Shown here: piece after piece, positions 30,318-44,753 of the stretch
Layout of the letters: every line of letters starts with the position of its first letter
How positions within the stretch are numbered: position 1 is the first letter of the stretch
From: Eledone cirrhosa
Lineage: Eukaryota
Assembly: GCA_964016885.1 (NCBI GenBank)
Contig: OZ024748.1
Location: 57,784,001 to 57,848,000, forward strand
Length of the DNA stretch: 64,000 bases
Direction of reading: 5' to 3'
The notes under the pieces: generated by a model
What the model saw: the letters and a program-made list of their open reading frames with translations, nothing else
Database searches by the model: none
Told to the model about the DNA's origin: nothing
Translations under genes and position numbers: made by a program

Positions 30318-30530
30318 ATAGATTGGTAGTATCGCAAGAGCCTCGGATAGCCTGCTTTGCAGCATATAGAAACATTCCTTTACGTTCTAAGTTCAAATCC
30401 CACCGAGGGTAGCTTTGCCTTTTCCCTAGCGGGCCCGATAAAATAAAGTACCCAGAACGCACTGGGGTTGATTTAATCGGCTTTTCGCACCCCAGAAATT
30501 GTTGTCCTGGTGCCTGAATCAGAATAATTT
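30318..30530 (+). mobile_element. tRNA-derived SINE (diverged)
   Basis: gttcaaatccc...gataaaataaagtacc. Confidence 0.7.
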
Positions 30531-31458
30531 ATTTAGATTTAGGTCAGTTCTCATCAAACAAATACACAATTAAATATTTTCTATAATTCATCAAAAACTG
30601 TATTACTTTGCTATCCATCGTCTTATGAGATTGCAGATTGTGATTTAAGAGAATTTGGCAAGTGTAACAGCAGCTGGGTGGACTATAATAATACTTATCT
30701 TTAGGTGTTTAGTCTGAAATAATGCTGGTTGATTTTCGTGAATTAGTGTTTATTTAGTAACATGTGTATTACCAAACAGTAAAATAGTCAGGATAATGCC
30801 ACTACCATCAGAACTACATACTGCTAATGAGGCTTTGAAGGTCATGTGCCGTTTCTGTGCCTTCTATATTGTGAACATGCTTTCAATACTTTAGAATTAT
30901 AAATGCTCACTAACAACATCAGTGAAAGAGTGTAATGTATTTTATTTACAAGGAATTCAAAGGTAATATTGGTGTGTTTTGTGAATGGAGTACCAAATTA
31001 TGTTCCATAACATTTTAAATACTATAAATATTTTAACTTCAATGAAGTATCACTAAGGCTCTATTATACACATCGATGAACGTATTGCGCACATATTTTC
31101 ACTGAAGGAGGATATTCAAGTATGTTAAGATGCTCTGACTTACATATTGTAGCGCGATGATTAAGATTTTCTCTGTAGAGTCGTGTGTTATTCCATTGCT
31201 ATTTTATAACGACAAATGCAAACGTCTTTTAAAATAGTTTAAGAATAACCTGGCATTGGTTCTTTACGTACAAATGCAGGAGGAATAACCACAGAGTGCG
31301 AAAGAAGAAGTGGCCAGCCTCAACAATTTGAAAATGTGAAGAGCAAACTGGAATATAATGCGGTGATATTTGCTTTTCATGAATTCTCGATATTTACTTG
31401 TATACTATGCACCAAAGTTGTGAATACAATACTAACGATGCTAACAAGAATTGCAGTC

Positions 31459-31532
<74 letters not shown>

Positions 31533-32919
31533 TGTGCATGTGTGTGTGTATTAGTATACTAATCAGGCGCCATACCGATATTTGTGTATTGAAATAGGTA
31601 TGCATCGTTTATTGACTTTCTCTTGAAAAAAAAAAAGATATACATATAAATATTTACACTACATTGTAATTCGTCAAAAATCTCAAATCAATTAGGTAAG
31701 AGACGAGGGTAAAATAATCAGTAAATATATGGTAATCGCTGCTCAACATCAAATTGCAGACACACAAAGTATTATTTTACAAAATAACACTTTTGAACTT
31801 TTTTTTTCTGTCTGGAATAATGCTTTTTTTGTAGGTATGAATTGGAATTTTGGTCAATAAAATCATTAAATACTAACAATTTTCTTTGCAAATATATTTT
31901 TTTTAATAACAGGATTTAGATGGTAGACATCCGTCGATTCTAACATAGAGTGTTCTAGTAGCTTGATGAACAGCACATACTGCTTTTGAACATACACACA
32001 ATATCTCAACAACGCAGAAATACATGCATTCTTAACATAGTTGCTAGGGAGATTAAGGATGATTCGGTGTGTTAAGTAGCTGGATATTAGACTTAAAGAT
32101 ACAACTCATTTTCGGCTATTGAATGAATTGATGCAATTTCAAATAAAGTGCTATTTCATTAATACAAAATGCCCTGGTAGGGGTCGAACACACTATGATA
32201 AGATTGGGAGCCGAATGTGAGAAACCTAGGCCACCTGCCTTCAGAAATACTGTGATCATATAACGAAAAATCTATTTAATACTACTGTGGAAATATTGTC
32301 ATTTTTAATTCATCGACAAAATGGGTTCATGATATAATGACACGTTATCTATGTGAGTAAACAGAATGTGTCTAATTTCTTATCCACAATATCCTAACGG
32401 ATCTTATTCCTTATATATATATTTAACTGTAATCCACTCTCTGCTAGCATTATAGTAATTATAGCAGGCTAAGAATGTTATAGTAATTTCATTATAAAAT
32501 ATGAGGAATCCTGCCTAGCGCAATTTAGTACTTATGTTATAATTTATACCTCGCTATTTATTTTGCCATTTTGGAGTACACGTGTAAGTGAATAAAAGGT
32601 GGTGAAATTACATATAAACCTACGTTTCGAATTTCCTTCCAAACACATGAAAATACATTTGTTGCCTTATATTTATAGCAAGACTAAATACAGGCTCCAT
32701 GATCTTGATACTGATTTCCTATAAAGCATTCTACTTTTCTCAACAACATTATAATCTGAAAATAGAACAATGGACATTGTGATTGAAATAGAGGCATCAA
32801 TTTCCTCATTGCCGATAATATGTTCTACGTTTGTATGAAACTGTGACATCTTAGAAATATAAGGATAATCGTAATTCAAGACGACAATGAGAGGAAAAGG
32901 GGTAGTATTATTAAGCAAT

Positions 32920-33141
32920 GAATAGTGCGGTGAATTGGCAGTATCGGTAGAGCACCGGACACCATGCTTTGCAGCATAGAATTACGCCCCTTTACCATCT
33001 GAGTTCAAATCTCACTCAGGTTATCTTTGCCTTTCACCCTTGCGAGTTCGATAGAATAAAGCACCATTAATGCAATGGCGGTCGATTTAATCGACATTTC
33101 CCTCCCTCAAAATTGCTGGCCTTGTGCTTATAGTAGAAATC
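32920..33141 (+). mobile_element. tRNA-derived SINE with 13-bp TSD
   Basis: attattaagcaat on both flanks; A box tggcagtatcggt; B box gagttcaaatc. Confidence 0.85.
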
Positions 33142-34353
33142 ATTATTAAGCAATACATGTAAGGGGAAATTGGAGGTGGTGACAACCTCTACACCTATTT
33201 TGACACAAATGTTGTCTTTCTATTCCATTTTATTTATATATATATTTACATTTACATTGCTATACTTAAAACGCCGCATAAGACATCGAGCTTTTCATTG
33301 CGTTACCGATATCTAACTTATTCGCTATTGTTAAATGCTAGAACATCTGCTCGTAATGTGGAAGATTACTAAACCAACTAGCCATATAGCTTTGAGGAAA
33401 TATTATTTATGATTTATTATGCGGCATAAAATTAGTTTCATTTGTAGGCGTCATTTTCCAGATTGCAATTTTCGTGACACTTACACATTATTATCATGTG
33501 ATATTTAAATTATCGAATGAGTTTACTTTCTTAGTTGACGGTGCATAAAAGTGTGCAAATGGAAATATTATTTTTCAAACGTAACGGCATTTCCGTTCAG
33601 TGTATGCTCTAGTCATTTAGCAAAACTATCTACTGAATTCTTTAGCTGGAGATCAGAGAACACTATAATAATCTCTATATAATCAATATTTAATGCCTCT
33701 TTGATCAATATATATGTTAGGTTTAAATGAATATCTATGAAGTTTCTCATAATTCTATAATCAATTTCCTATCTCCATTTGATTATATATCATTTATAGT
33801 TGGAATTATTTGTGTGTGTGTGTTTTATTTGAATAACATTAATATTTGTTATCAGTAATGTTCGTTTGTAAATAGTATACTCTTGAAAATAGTACCTCAT
33901 AATAGGAGATTTATTTCATTACAATTTATAGTACACTATAATTCAATTGAGTTTCACAAAACAAATGATATAAACAAAACCTATAGATTCAATATCACAC
34001 ATGAACAGATTATGATACAATATATCTGTTTGTTTGTTATTACATTTCGTCAAACATATTAATTGTCCGACTGGCGGGAATAGTCAATTGTTTACATATC
34101 CCCAACGAAATAAAGTAAGTTTAGTTCTATACTAGACTGATCAAGAAAAAATATATAAAGACCAATTATCAAAAAACAAAAGGGGATGTAATATATATGT
34201 TTAGTACATTTTTGAAACGTTATTTTATTTTAATATTTGCTTGCCAACTATCCACATCTCGTTTTGGAGCAGTAATAATTTTAATCAGAAGGGGTGTATA
34301 AACATCTCATACACACACACACATGTCTATTTCTATTTATATATATAGGTAGG

Positions 34354-35325
34354 TACATAATCATGGTAAGAGTGTACGCATTTCTTCTAACTTTAAATTT
34401 ATACCTAATTGTGTATGGTTGACGGTATATTTAGTCTATTTCTACATGCTGTTGCAATGTTGGGTAAATATTCTATTGCGGTCGGCCGCGAAGAGACTGC
34501 TGTCGTTTATTTATCAAATATTTCTTCATAGGAGCCTTTATTCTTATAGCCTGGTCTAATTGCTTTTTTATGTGGTTAATTATGCTAATTGGGAGAGGAA
34601 ATGGTGTATATATTTTATCAAATGATTCTATGGACATACTTTATGATATATTGCTCTGATTATTTAATTTATTAATTCTTCATTGAGCCACATCGTGAAT
34701 GGTTGCCACATATATATCTGTGACTTTGTTTAGTTTGTATATATGTAAATCTTTATATTTAATAATCTCCCATTAGGTTGAGATGCAATTTGGGCAATAT
34801 TGGGCTGCGCTTTCTAGCAACCAGCCAACTCGCCGTAAGCAACTAATCACATTCTTTCTAACTTGACCACTGCCACGGCACGATCTTTAGCCATTTTTGA
34901 ATCTATTTCTGGCGGGGATCGCTTTGGAAAATTACCTGCCATATGAGTTTGTCTCCTGATGAGTTCGAAACTCGAGATTTTATCCTTAATAGAATATCTC
35001 AAAACGCGAACGAAACCCCAGGCTAAGGACATAATCATGGTAAGAGAGTACGCATTGCTTCTAACTTTAAATGTATACCTAATTGTGTATGGTTGACGGT
35101 ATTTTTAGTCGATTTCTACATGCTGTTGAAATATTGGGTAAATGTTCTGTTGCGGTCGGCCGCGAAGAGGGTGCTGTCGTTTATTCATCAAACATTTCTT
35201 CATAGGAGCCTTTATTCTTATGGCCTGGTCTAATTGATTTTTTATGTGGTTAATTATGCTAATTAGGAGAGGAAATGGCGTATATATTTTATCAAATGAT
35301 TCTATGGACATACTTTATGATATAT
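34354..35325. repeat. Partial tandem duplication (~295 bp direct repeats, ~675 bp period)
   Basis: cataatcatggtaagag...ggacatactttatgatata at 34356-34650 and 35029-35325. Confidence 0.8.
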
Positions 35326-35327
35326 AT

Positions 35328-35420
35328 GAAGGACCACGATGTTTGAGCTCCGGCGGTTTCAACAGCTAGATATCTAGCTGTTGGGTAATGGTCCACCTGG
35401 TTTTTTCCGCACATTCATTG

Positions 35421-35423
<3 letters not shown>
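35328..35423 (+). mobile_element. Diverged, internally deleted family A copy
   Basis: tgagctccggcggtttcaacagctagatatctagctgttg followed by the atggtccacctgg tail. Confidence 0.55.
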
Positions 35424-35478
<55 letters not shown>

Positions 35479-35483
35479 ATATA

Positions 35484-35546
<63 letters not shown>

Positions 35547-35565
35547 TTATATATATATATTTATA

Positions 35566-35676
<111 letters not shown>

Positions 35677-35701
35677 ATTTATATTTATATATATATATAT
35701 A

Positions 35702-35889
35702 TAACGAAGGAAATGTGGTAAGGAACCAGGTGGACCATAACGCACCAAAGTACTCAATACTTGAGGTAGTAGAGTGGGTAATAGGAACCAGTAAGACCCC
35801 GACAGCTGAGCTCAAGCCGTTTCGACGGCTAATTCCAGAATTAGCCGTCGAAACGGCTTGAGCTCAGCTGTCGGGGTCTTACTGGTTCC

Positions 35890-35891
<2 letters not shown>
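35702..35891 (-). mobile_element. Family A fold-back element
   Basis: Near-perfect palindrome 35782-35891 plus tail; TA flanks. Confidence 0.85.
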
Positions 35892-35921
<30 letters not shown>

Positions 35922-35990
35922 AATATATATATATATATATTTATATAAATATATATTTATATAAATATATATATATATATATTTATATAA

Positions 35991-36022
<32 letters not shown>

Positions 36023-36783
36023 ATACATATATATATATACATATATATATGTGTGTGTGTGTGTGTGTCTGTATGTGTGTTTGTGTAGAGTAGTGTAGGT
36101 TGTAAAAGTACCAATGTTTGTAGAGCACTCTACCCGTGGAAAGAGTTTCTAGTATACAAACTTTATTAAACTATTATGATTTTCTAACTGGATGTGGGAG
36201 GACGTGATATGTATTATATGCCATACGCAATTACATAGACATTCTTAACATGCATACACGAATCAGTTTTCCATGAATATACCACCTATATTCCATATGC
36301 ATATAGGAATACATATGGTGTATACATAATTATCTCTCTAGCGAAAAGTCCAAATGTTTTTTTCCGCCGCTAACTCATTTCCCCAAACCTCATGATTACA
36401 CGCGAAGTCAGATTTAACAAAATTCAAATGCAGGTCATTAAGAGAATTGCGAAAACAATTGTAGTTTGCAATCAATTTAGTTTCCCTTGCCTTACACGCT
36501 ATATTATTTACTGGAAGGCAATTCCTGTAGTCGTAACATATTTCTACTGTAATGGTTCTTCTACCGATAGTTAGTATATTGTGTTATACACAGCATGTTT
36601 TGAATTCGGTAACCTGAAATACAAGTTTACTTAAAATAAGTGGTTTAATGCAGGATACTATTGTATGAGTAATTGCTGCTTGATTACTCATTTCTCCATG
36701 AAAAGCTGAGTATATTAGATGTCATACTGCGATTACATATGGAATTATAAAATCTGAATACACACACGACCATGTCAGTTAGA

Positions 36784-36838
<55 letters not shown>

Positions 36839-37377
36839 TATATATTAACCCTTCTGTTGAGAACTCTATTCGATTTGTGATGTTTTTGCATTCTTGCAAT
36901 AATATACACAACTGAATTCATTTGCCTGATATAGGGGTTGCCTCCCTTGCCGATCCCCACGTGGGGTCAGTAATAGTCAATCCTTGTATTAACATTGAAC
37001 TAAAACCTGTTGAGAAAGTGGCTTCCTTGTTCAATCATCTTACCAGAAGCCTAACATTATTTATGTAAGCGGACAGTACTTGATATAGGAGCCGCAGAAA
37101 CCCAAATGCTGGATTCTACGAACCTTCCAGGGGTCCAGGTAAATTTTCAATCACAGATATTTTTTATTTGTTTGACCCGAATTACTTGATCGTTTTTTTG
37201 GCTATGCGAATGATTGTTTAACCATCGTCTCAGTGTGTCTGGCCTTTAACGTTTGTTATAGCTCTGGTTCATCTGAATCATTGAGCACTTGCCACACATC
37301 TCGGAGTGCCACACATCTCGGAGGTTGTTTTTCGTTATTTCGTGGGCCGAAATGCGATTCTCGATAATTTATATTTG

Positions 37378-37434
<57 letters not shown>

Positions 37435-37496
37435 CGTTTCTGAATTTGTTTAGCAAGATCCTTTATCTGAAAACGTGTGTTGAAACCGATATTGAT

Positions 37497-37750
37497 CTGC
37501 TTTGGGAGTGTCATGTTGCCAATAAGAAACACACGCACCAGCGCGATCACTCCAATTTATTATGAATTAAATTCATAAATTTAAGAATCTATAAATTTTC
37601 AGTTGGCTGGTTGGTTCCACAACCGGACTGTTGTTCATATATTGTCAAAGTTATTTCGTCACACATTCTGTGACCTCTTCAGTGACTGGAAATTTATAAA
37701 TTCTTAAATTTAAATTTAATTTATAATAAATGGGAATGAAAGCAACTGAT
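37497..37750 (-). mobile_element. Family B element with HHR motif (37644-37686) and inverted segment
   Basis: Minus strand: gtca CTGAAGA g gtcac-agaatgt-gtgac GAAA taac TT tgac; 37686-37750 inverts 37547-37601. Confidence 0.65.
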
Positions 37751-38103
37751 AAATACTTACAAACATAATTCTCCATATAAGTAATTACATAATATAGGTA
37801 AATATTCAACTTTTCCCCCTAAATTAACGTAAATATGAGGTCTTCTTTTCTTTTTTCCTTTTCATTTTTTATTTTTCTTCCTTTTATTTCTTTCCTACTC
37901 ATACAAACACATATCTAAATTCTCCATAGCATCTAAAATAACGATTTTTCAAACATATACATCAATCTCATTTACATATTCATTTGCATACTCATCTTAC
38001 CAATTTTGTAAAATCTGTCTTTAAGTCCACTACCCGAGGAAAACTTCAACCGTTAAAGTATGTTCCTTGGCTATGTCATAATTTATAAAGTACACTTTGT
38101 ATT

Positions 38104-38205
38104 TTATTTGATGAAAGCGTACCAAAGTTTTTTTGGGTACCCTTGAAATATATATAATAGAATAAATATGGTATTATAAATATAGTTTCCATTTATTTAA
38201 TATCA
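38104..38205 (+). mobile_element. Family E HHR element
   Basis: ttat TTGATGA aagcgtacc..ggtaccctt GAAA tatata TA atag plus shared tail. Confidence 0.6.
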
Positions 38206-38249
38206 TTGTATATATATTTATATATATTTATATATATGTACGAGGGGAA

Positions 38250-38293
<44 letters not shown>

Positions 38294-38378
38294 ATGTTCT
38301 AGACGTTTGTAAGCTGCACTATCATGCTAAAATATCTCTAGTAAAAAATACGACCAAAGCGTCTATTTCTAATATATA

Positions 38379-38580
38379 TAGGAAAAGAGTCAAGACCCCG
38401 ATGGCTGAGCTCGGCCCTTTCGACGGCTAGATCTGAACAGTTCGGATATAACTGTCGAAACTGCCGGAGCTCAGCGGTCGGGGTCCTGACTCTTTACCTA
38501 TTACCCACTCTAATACCCCATGTATCGAACACTCCGGGGCTTTATGTTCCACCTGGTTTCTTACCACACATTCTTTTTAT
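38379..38580 (+). mobile_element. Family A fold-back element (diverged)
   Basis: Same arm and tail architecture. Confidence 0.75.
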
Positions 38581-38636
38581 ATATATTCACACACACACAC
38601 ACCACACACACACACGCACACACACACGCACACACA

Positions 38637-38688
<52 letters not shown>

Positions 38689-38758
38689 TACACATACATA
38701 CACACACACACACACACACGCACTCTCTCTCTCTCTGACACACACACACACACACACG

Positions 38759-38795
<37 letters not shown>

Positions 38796-40074
38796 GTGGT
38801 GGGGGAGGAGAGTTGAAAACATAGACCGCTGTTCCAAGCAACACAAGCCGAAACCACTCGGCGCCACGGTTGGGATTTTACATATCTCTCTACCCACTCT
38901 TCATCTCCCCATGTATCGAGTACTAAGTTAATTAATTGTATTCTCGGTCTCAGCGCGGCTGATTATCTCTCTATATGTATGGCGTGGGGAGTCCGGGAGC
39001 ATATATTGCTGAACCGATCTGGGGTTCACTCAGTAAACATAATCTTCTGAACAGCTGTTTTCCTCTGCAAATTTGGACACGAGTAACTAGCATGAGGTTC
39101 TTCTCCATGTTAAACCTTTCACCATCTTCTCTCTTTGGTGACGCTAAGATATACTGCATAGAATGGGATGTAGAGTCTGTCGACCCTTACGTTTTCACCT
39201 TACTCTCCTTATTCCCTTTAAATAGGCAATGACATTGTTTATGACTAGCATGATATTGGTTATAAGAACTTCACATATGATTGTCAATACTGAACATCAC
39301 TGTATATTGCCTCCTAAAGTAAGTTTTCTTTGATTTAATATATAAAGTAAATATTTTTGTAACGTTTATCAGAATTGATATCAATTTGTTCTAGTCGCAA
39401 TTGTCTATCAACTTAAATCATGAAATCTTAATTAAAATTTGTGACGTTTGTCTTTCTTATGTTGAAAGAAACCCAATAAATAATATTTGTATCATAGATG
39501 AAATATCGCTTCCCTACTGTGATATATGGCTTCAGATAATATGAATGCCATTTAAAGAAATCCCACGATATGTCATCTATCCCCAAGTGTTTGAATGATG
39601 TACATCATAAACATTTTACAGCCGGAAATAGAGATTGTAGGATAACAGTGATGTCATATATCTGACATCTCGCCCACCCTTAAGATGAAATATTGGCTTA
39701 TTTCTTCATTAGGTGTATACACTACCTACCTTTCTCATTTTTGCAATATATATACAGAGAGAGAAAAATGTAAGACAGAACGAGAGAACTCTATTAAAAT
39801 ATTATCTCTTTTATTAAGGATTTCGGACTAAGTTTGACATGGAATGATAGACTTTCTAAATCATAACTATCAACAATTCCATGCTTTCACACTTCCCTCA
39901 TCAGAATGTGAATTAGTGTCAATATGGCGTATTAGTCATGCGCTCTTTAGTGTAAAATTTAATGCCCAGCTGGGTTTATACTTAACTTTATATCTGATGT
40001 ACTTGGAATTCTATTTTCATATTAGCAAACCTTTCAGAAATATTACAATTCGAATTTATAAGGCTCTTTTCCCT

Positions 40075-40106
<32 letters not shown>

Positions 40107-40113
<7 letters not shown>

Positions 40114-40280
40114 ATATAGAAATGGCTTCTACAGGACGAGAACTGTTTAATTCAGGTGAATTCACCAGGAAGTCCTGTAGAACTGTAGAAGCCATTTCTA
40201 TATTAAATATGTATACTCTGCTATGTATTGAGTGCCTTCCTTACTGTTGTTACCCCCGATTGAACCCGGGATAAACTTAT
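40107..40280 (+). repeat. Fold-back element with tail in (TA)n
   Basis: atatttaatatagaaatggcttctacag...ctgtagaagccatttctatattaaatat. Confidence 0.65.
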
Positions 40281-42954
40281 ATATATATGTCTGCGTATGT
40301 GTGTTCTGTGTGTGCCTCCCTTTTGTTTCAGTTCGTCTTTTTAACTGAATAGACGCAGTATTAAAACAACGAGTTGCCTCCAAACTCTCATTTGACAAAT
40401 CACCTGCTGTAACTCCTGGCTGATAACGACAACCTACAGATCCAAAAGTCTATATCCATAACCAAATACAACTGTACAACCATACCAATTCCAGACACCA
40501 GCCATTTCCTAAACAAGAAAATTATTTTTCTGTCCAGATGAATCTGGAATACGAAATGAACCTCTGCTACTTGACAGGCTCAAACACAGCCCACGTCCCG
40601 AACATTTCACCCAAAACCCATCACAGTAATAATGTTCGATATATGAGTTCTTTCACACTTCAAAATTAACATATATCAGAGATCTTGCACACAGAGAAAA
40701 GGCAACTGATTAAACATACATAAACCTACACACACTGGGTGTAAAATAATAAGTGCCAGGCTATGCACTTGATACAACTGACTAAAGAATATAAAAACAA
40801 GGAGTAGCACACCTCCTCCGTGAGAATCAATCAAAGAAAACTCTCCCCGCTATAACAATACACTGTCTGACACACTGATAATGCATGTGATCGACCTCCA
40901 AATATCATAGACATTACCTATATTCCTCTTGATATAACTAATCACAAACATCTTATCAACAATGCGTTGTCCCACATAAGGGAAACGCTAAGTGATGCTA
41001 GCCCGCAGATTAATTCACTGTAAATAGGAGACTTCAGATTTCCTAATTTCAGCTGGTATATGAGCTATATCAAACCTAGACGTACACGAGGAAACAAAGG
41101 AGTTGTGAATGCTATTCTTGACACCCCTAACGCTCTCATCTCATGCGACAAATTATTCCCAGTCCAATTAGGAGATTAAACACATTCGAACTAGTCTTTA
41201 CCGCCAATACAGAATTTATGCACGATGTTATGTTCATATTTTAAGTGACAATGTGCATTATTGCGATCCATTCATGTTTCTTATTCACTGATGTTTGTGC
41301 AAATGATGGATATTTAAAACCCGCTTTGGTATTTAAAAAAAAAACATTTATAAACCTATAAATGTATTCTTCTAGATATAATCTCTATACTAGAGTGATA
41401 ACATATTAATTTTGAAATATGAAACGACTTCGGTATATATTTGCAGAACGTTGACATTTCTTGTACCATCACAATGATTACCTGTCATATTGATTATTAT
41501 TAAAAATTGCTTAGATAAATATTTTATGAGAAGTTATTAATATCTAGTTCATATAGATATTTACAAAGTCTCAGAGTACAATATCCTCTACTTATATTTA
41601 AATCTGGGTTTATTACATTTGCAATAATTAATTACACGTAACTATTCAATATAACCAACATGTTTGTAACGTATCGATCAATAATATATATTTTTAAATC
41701 ATCACAACACAGCAAAACAGCAAAACACAGCACGGAAACATGAATTCCATTTCAAAATATACTAATCTGGAAACAAGTAGGCTAAGCATTCGAGAACCAT
41801 AGACTGCGCTCAAGTCTCTGGAAGTGGCCAACATTATCACACACACAAATGAAAGCAATGTTTTCCTAAACGAAACGAAGGCAAGGTGATATAACAAAGC
41901 GAATTATAAAAGAAATGTAGATTTTGCTCAGTAAAATCACATTTGCAGAAAAAATAAAATAGTGACAATGATGAATGGATGGAATTATTTTGTTTTAAAC
42001 TTATTTTAAACACGTAAATAAAGCCATTCCCTTTAACCACGTTATCGATATAAACAGTATTATGGATGTGAGCAGTGATGAACGTTAACTATTCAGGTCA
42101 ATTACGTTCCGGAGAGAAAATATGAATCTTTGTAGTGTTTTCCGAATTCATTGCTTCGTAATATATTTTCGCTGCCAATAAGCAGACAATAGACGACGCT
42201 ACAAGGAAGAAATTCTAATCGATATATCTATTAATAAAGATATAATTTACAATAGTTTTAGAAAATCCTTATACGTGCAATTTAAATTCGAAACGAATGC
42301 ACGAAGTAAAAATGGCACGGTTTCATTTTGACCTGGGAATTCGCTACACTGGAATGCGTTAAAGCATGTCTCACACATCATTAGATCGATTCTGAACTGC
42401 CTAATACTTTTATATTAATTTTGTATTTACGGCAGTTAACAAGAGATGATACAAATCAGTTCTCAAATTATCAACGAGATGGTTCCATAAATAGTTTTTA
42501 ACTTTAAAATGATTATATGTTAAAATCTAATTGTATTGATAATCTTCTGAACGATACAATTTACGGTATTCTCTTTTTACAATTTTGATATAAACGTATG
42601 CATTTATATGTATAATGTGCAAGAGATGTGCTATTGTCATTGAATATATGTGCATTACTTTTATTTATCTGTTTCAATATCTTTTGCAATATATTAATGC
42701 ATACACATATGCAAGCATTACCTTACATATAGATGACGTGTGACCGCAACTGGAAATATCGCAAGTAAAATTGGGGCCCACTGAGTTACTAGTACTCTGA
42801 GAACATTCTGTACAAACGGGACGTCGCTCTCAACCTGTCCCGAAGTTATACATTGGTTTAATGACACTCAATTTCCTTACCCACGATATCAGAGCAGGTT
42901 TAGAAAACCGAGCCACATTTATTTTAAATTGTTCACCCATATACATCAGCTTAA

Positions 42955-43174
42955 CCCATTAGCATTTATATTACTCTGTATTTACTATTGCATTTTCACA
43001 GTAAAGGCTTTACCTCACATAATTATCTCACATAATATAGAATCTATGAGATTTTGATGCTATTTATTTTGAGAACAATACATTTACATAAGTATGAGTC
43101 GCCAGTTACAGTCGGTTTGCACAGAAAGAGGGTACAGCATTCTGGCCGGATATGGCCGGTTTAAATGTAAAGGG
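42955..43174. mobile_element. piggyBac-type MITE
   Basis: TTAA|CCCATTAGCATTTA...TAAATGTAAAGGG|TTAA. Confidence 0.7.
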
Positions 43175-43610
43175 TTAATAGAGAAACATCGACTCACCTG
43201 AATACGCCATCAATATATGTACAAAGGAGATCCTAAAAATGCTAATTGTAACTGCAGAATTCCAAAATTAATAATAATTCGTTACAACCTGGAAATACTT
43301 AGCTCACAAAATCTAACTCAAGGTTTATCTCATGACTAAGTCCAGAGGAAAACGTACTTAAGAGCGTGCAATTGGTCAACGTGAGAAGACCCAATTCATA
43401 CAGATATTCCTCACACGCTAGCCACATCCTAGACAGATATTGAATGCTAAAATATTATTCCATTCCAACAATAAGGAAGCGAGGGAATTGTTTGTGAATG
43501 CGAACACACACACACACACACATACACACAAACACATCCAGGGACAGACATTCATACACATTCATACATACATAAATATATATATATATACATATATAAA
43601 TATATATATA

Positions 43611-43800
43611 TATTGTTATATTTGGGGAGGTTCATATTGTTATAATATTGACAGAAATATATAATAAAACACAGTGTTTAGTTTGGATTGGTTTTTGTTT
43701 CTGTATATTTTATACCCCTATACCTATAGCTAATCTAGCTGGCAATCAATCTAAACCAATCAGGGAGTGTGTTTTGTATATTTCTGACAATATTGTTACT
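43611..43800. mobile_element. Family B variant with fold-back
   Basis: aatattgacagaaatata..aaaacac..tttggattggtt versus aatcaatctaaa..gtgttttgtatatttctgacaatatt. Confidence 0.6.
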
Positions 43801-43868
43801 ATAGCTTCACCTGTCACGTCAGGTATATCTCCAGAGTAACAAGACTCACTATTTAGCATTAAGAAAAG

Positions 43869-43966
<98 letters not shown>

Positions 43967-44562
43967 ATATATATATATTTATGGCGTATTATACCCGTAA
44001 ACACTAATACCAAACGATGGACATAATCGAACGCTACACGAACATTCTGCGTTTGGCGTTAGCCAGATTTACCGTAAGAAAGAAACTGAACAATTTCCTA
44101 TTCTACACAACGAGGACACTAGTGTTTGTAAAATGTTAGGACATTTTAAATATAACTTTTTGGATGTTGTAGAACTTGTGTTACGTAACGAACTCTATTT
44201 CTGTATCTCGTTCATTGCATCATTTTTAGTAGAAAACACTACGAAGGTGTTTCAAATAACATTAAAAACCATTAAATGTTCGTAGGGATTTAGTAATATA
44301 CCTAACATTTTTCTCATTACCTTGGTGTCCGGAGCATATCTTAATTATGTAAGCAGATCTTATTTTCAAATAGCTTGCATGGCCTAATTATATCACATTT
44401 AACAGCATATAGAGGGCGGTGACAGGTACTGAATTTACGAATAAAACGCTTGTTTTAGAAGATAACTGTTAAAAGTGTTCTGGTTCGTGTAATTGGCGAA
44501 GTATCTTCGACTAAAATATTTTCAATGGAATTCAGACGGAGATGTTTTGGTCAAGGCTAGCA

Positions 44563-44753
44563 TTGTGGATTGGCAGTATCGGTAGAGGGTCGGACGGTAT
44601 GATTTGATGCATAGCGTTACGGTCCTTGCCATTCTGAGTTCGAATCCCGTCGAGGTTAACTTTGCCTTTCATCCTTACGGGGTCGATAAAATAAAGTACC
44701 AGTAATGCACTTGTGCATTGCTGGCCTTGTGCCAAAAAGCAGAAACAATTATT
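44563..44753 (+). mobile_element. tRNA-derived SINE
   Basis: tggcagtatcggt, gagttcgaatccc and shared body. Confidence 0.85.

Noticed and set aside
40330-41200. Degenerate PLE endonuclease C-terminus or 3' region
   Set aside because: Only vague similarity; no readable GIY-YIG motif
44563-44660. tRNA gene
   Set aside because: A and B boxes belong to a multi-copy SINE head; no cloverleaf
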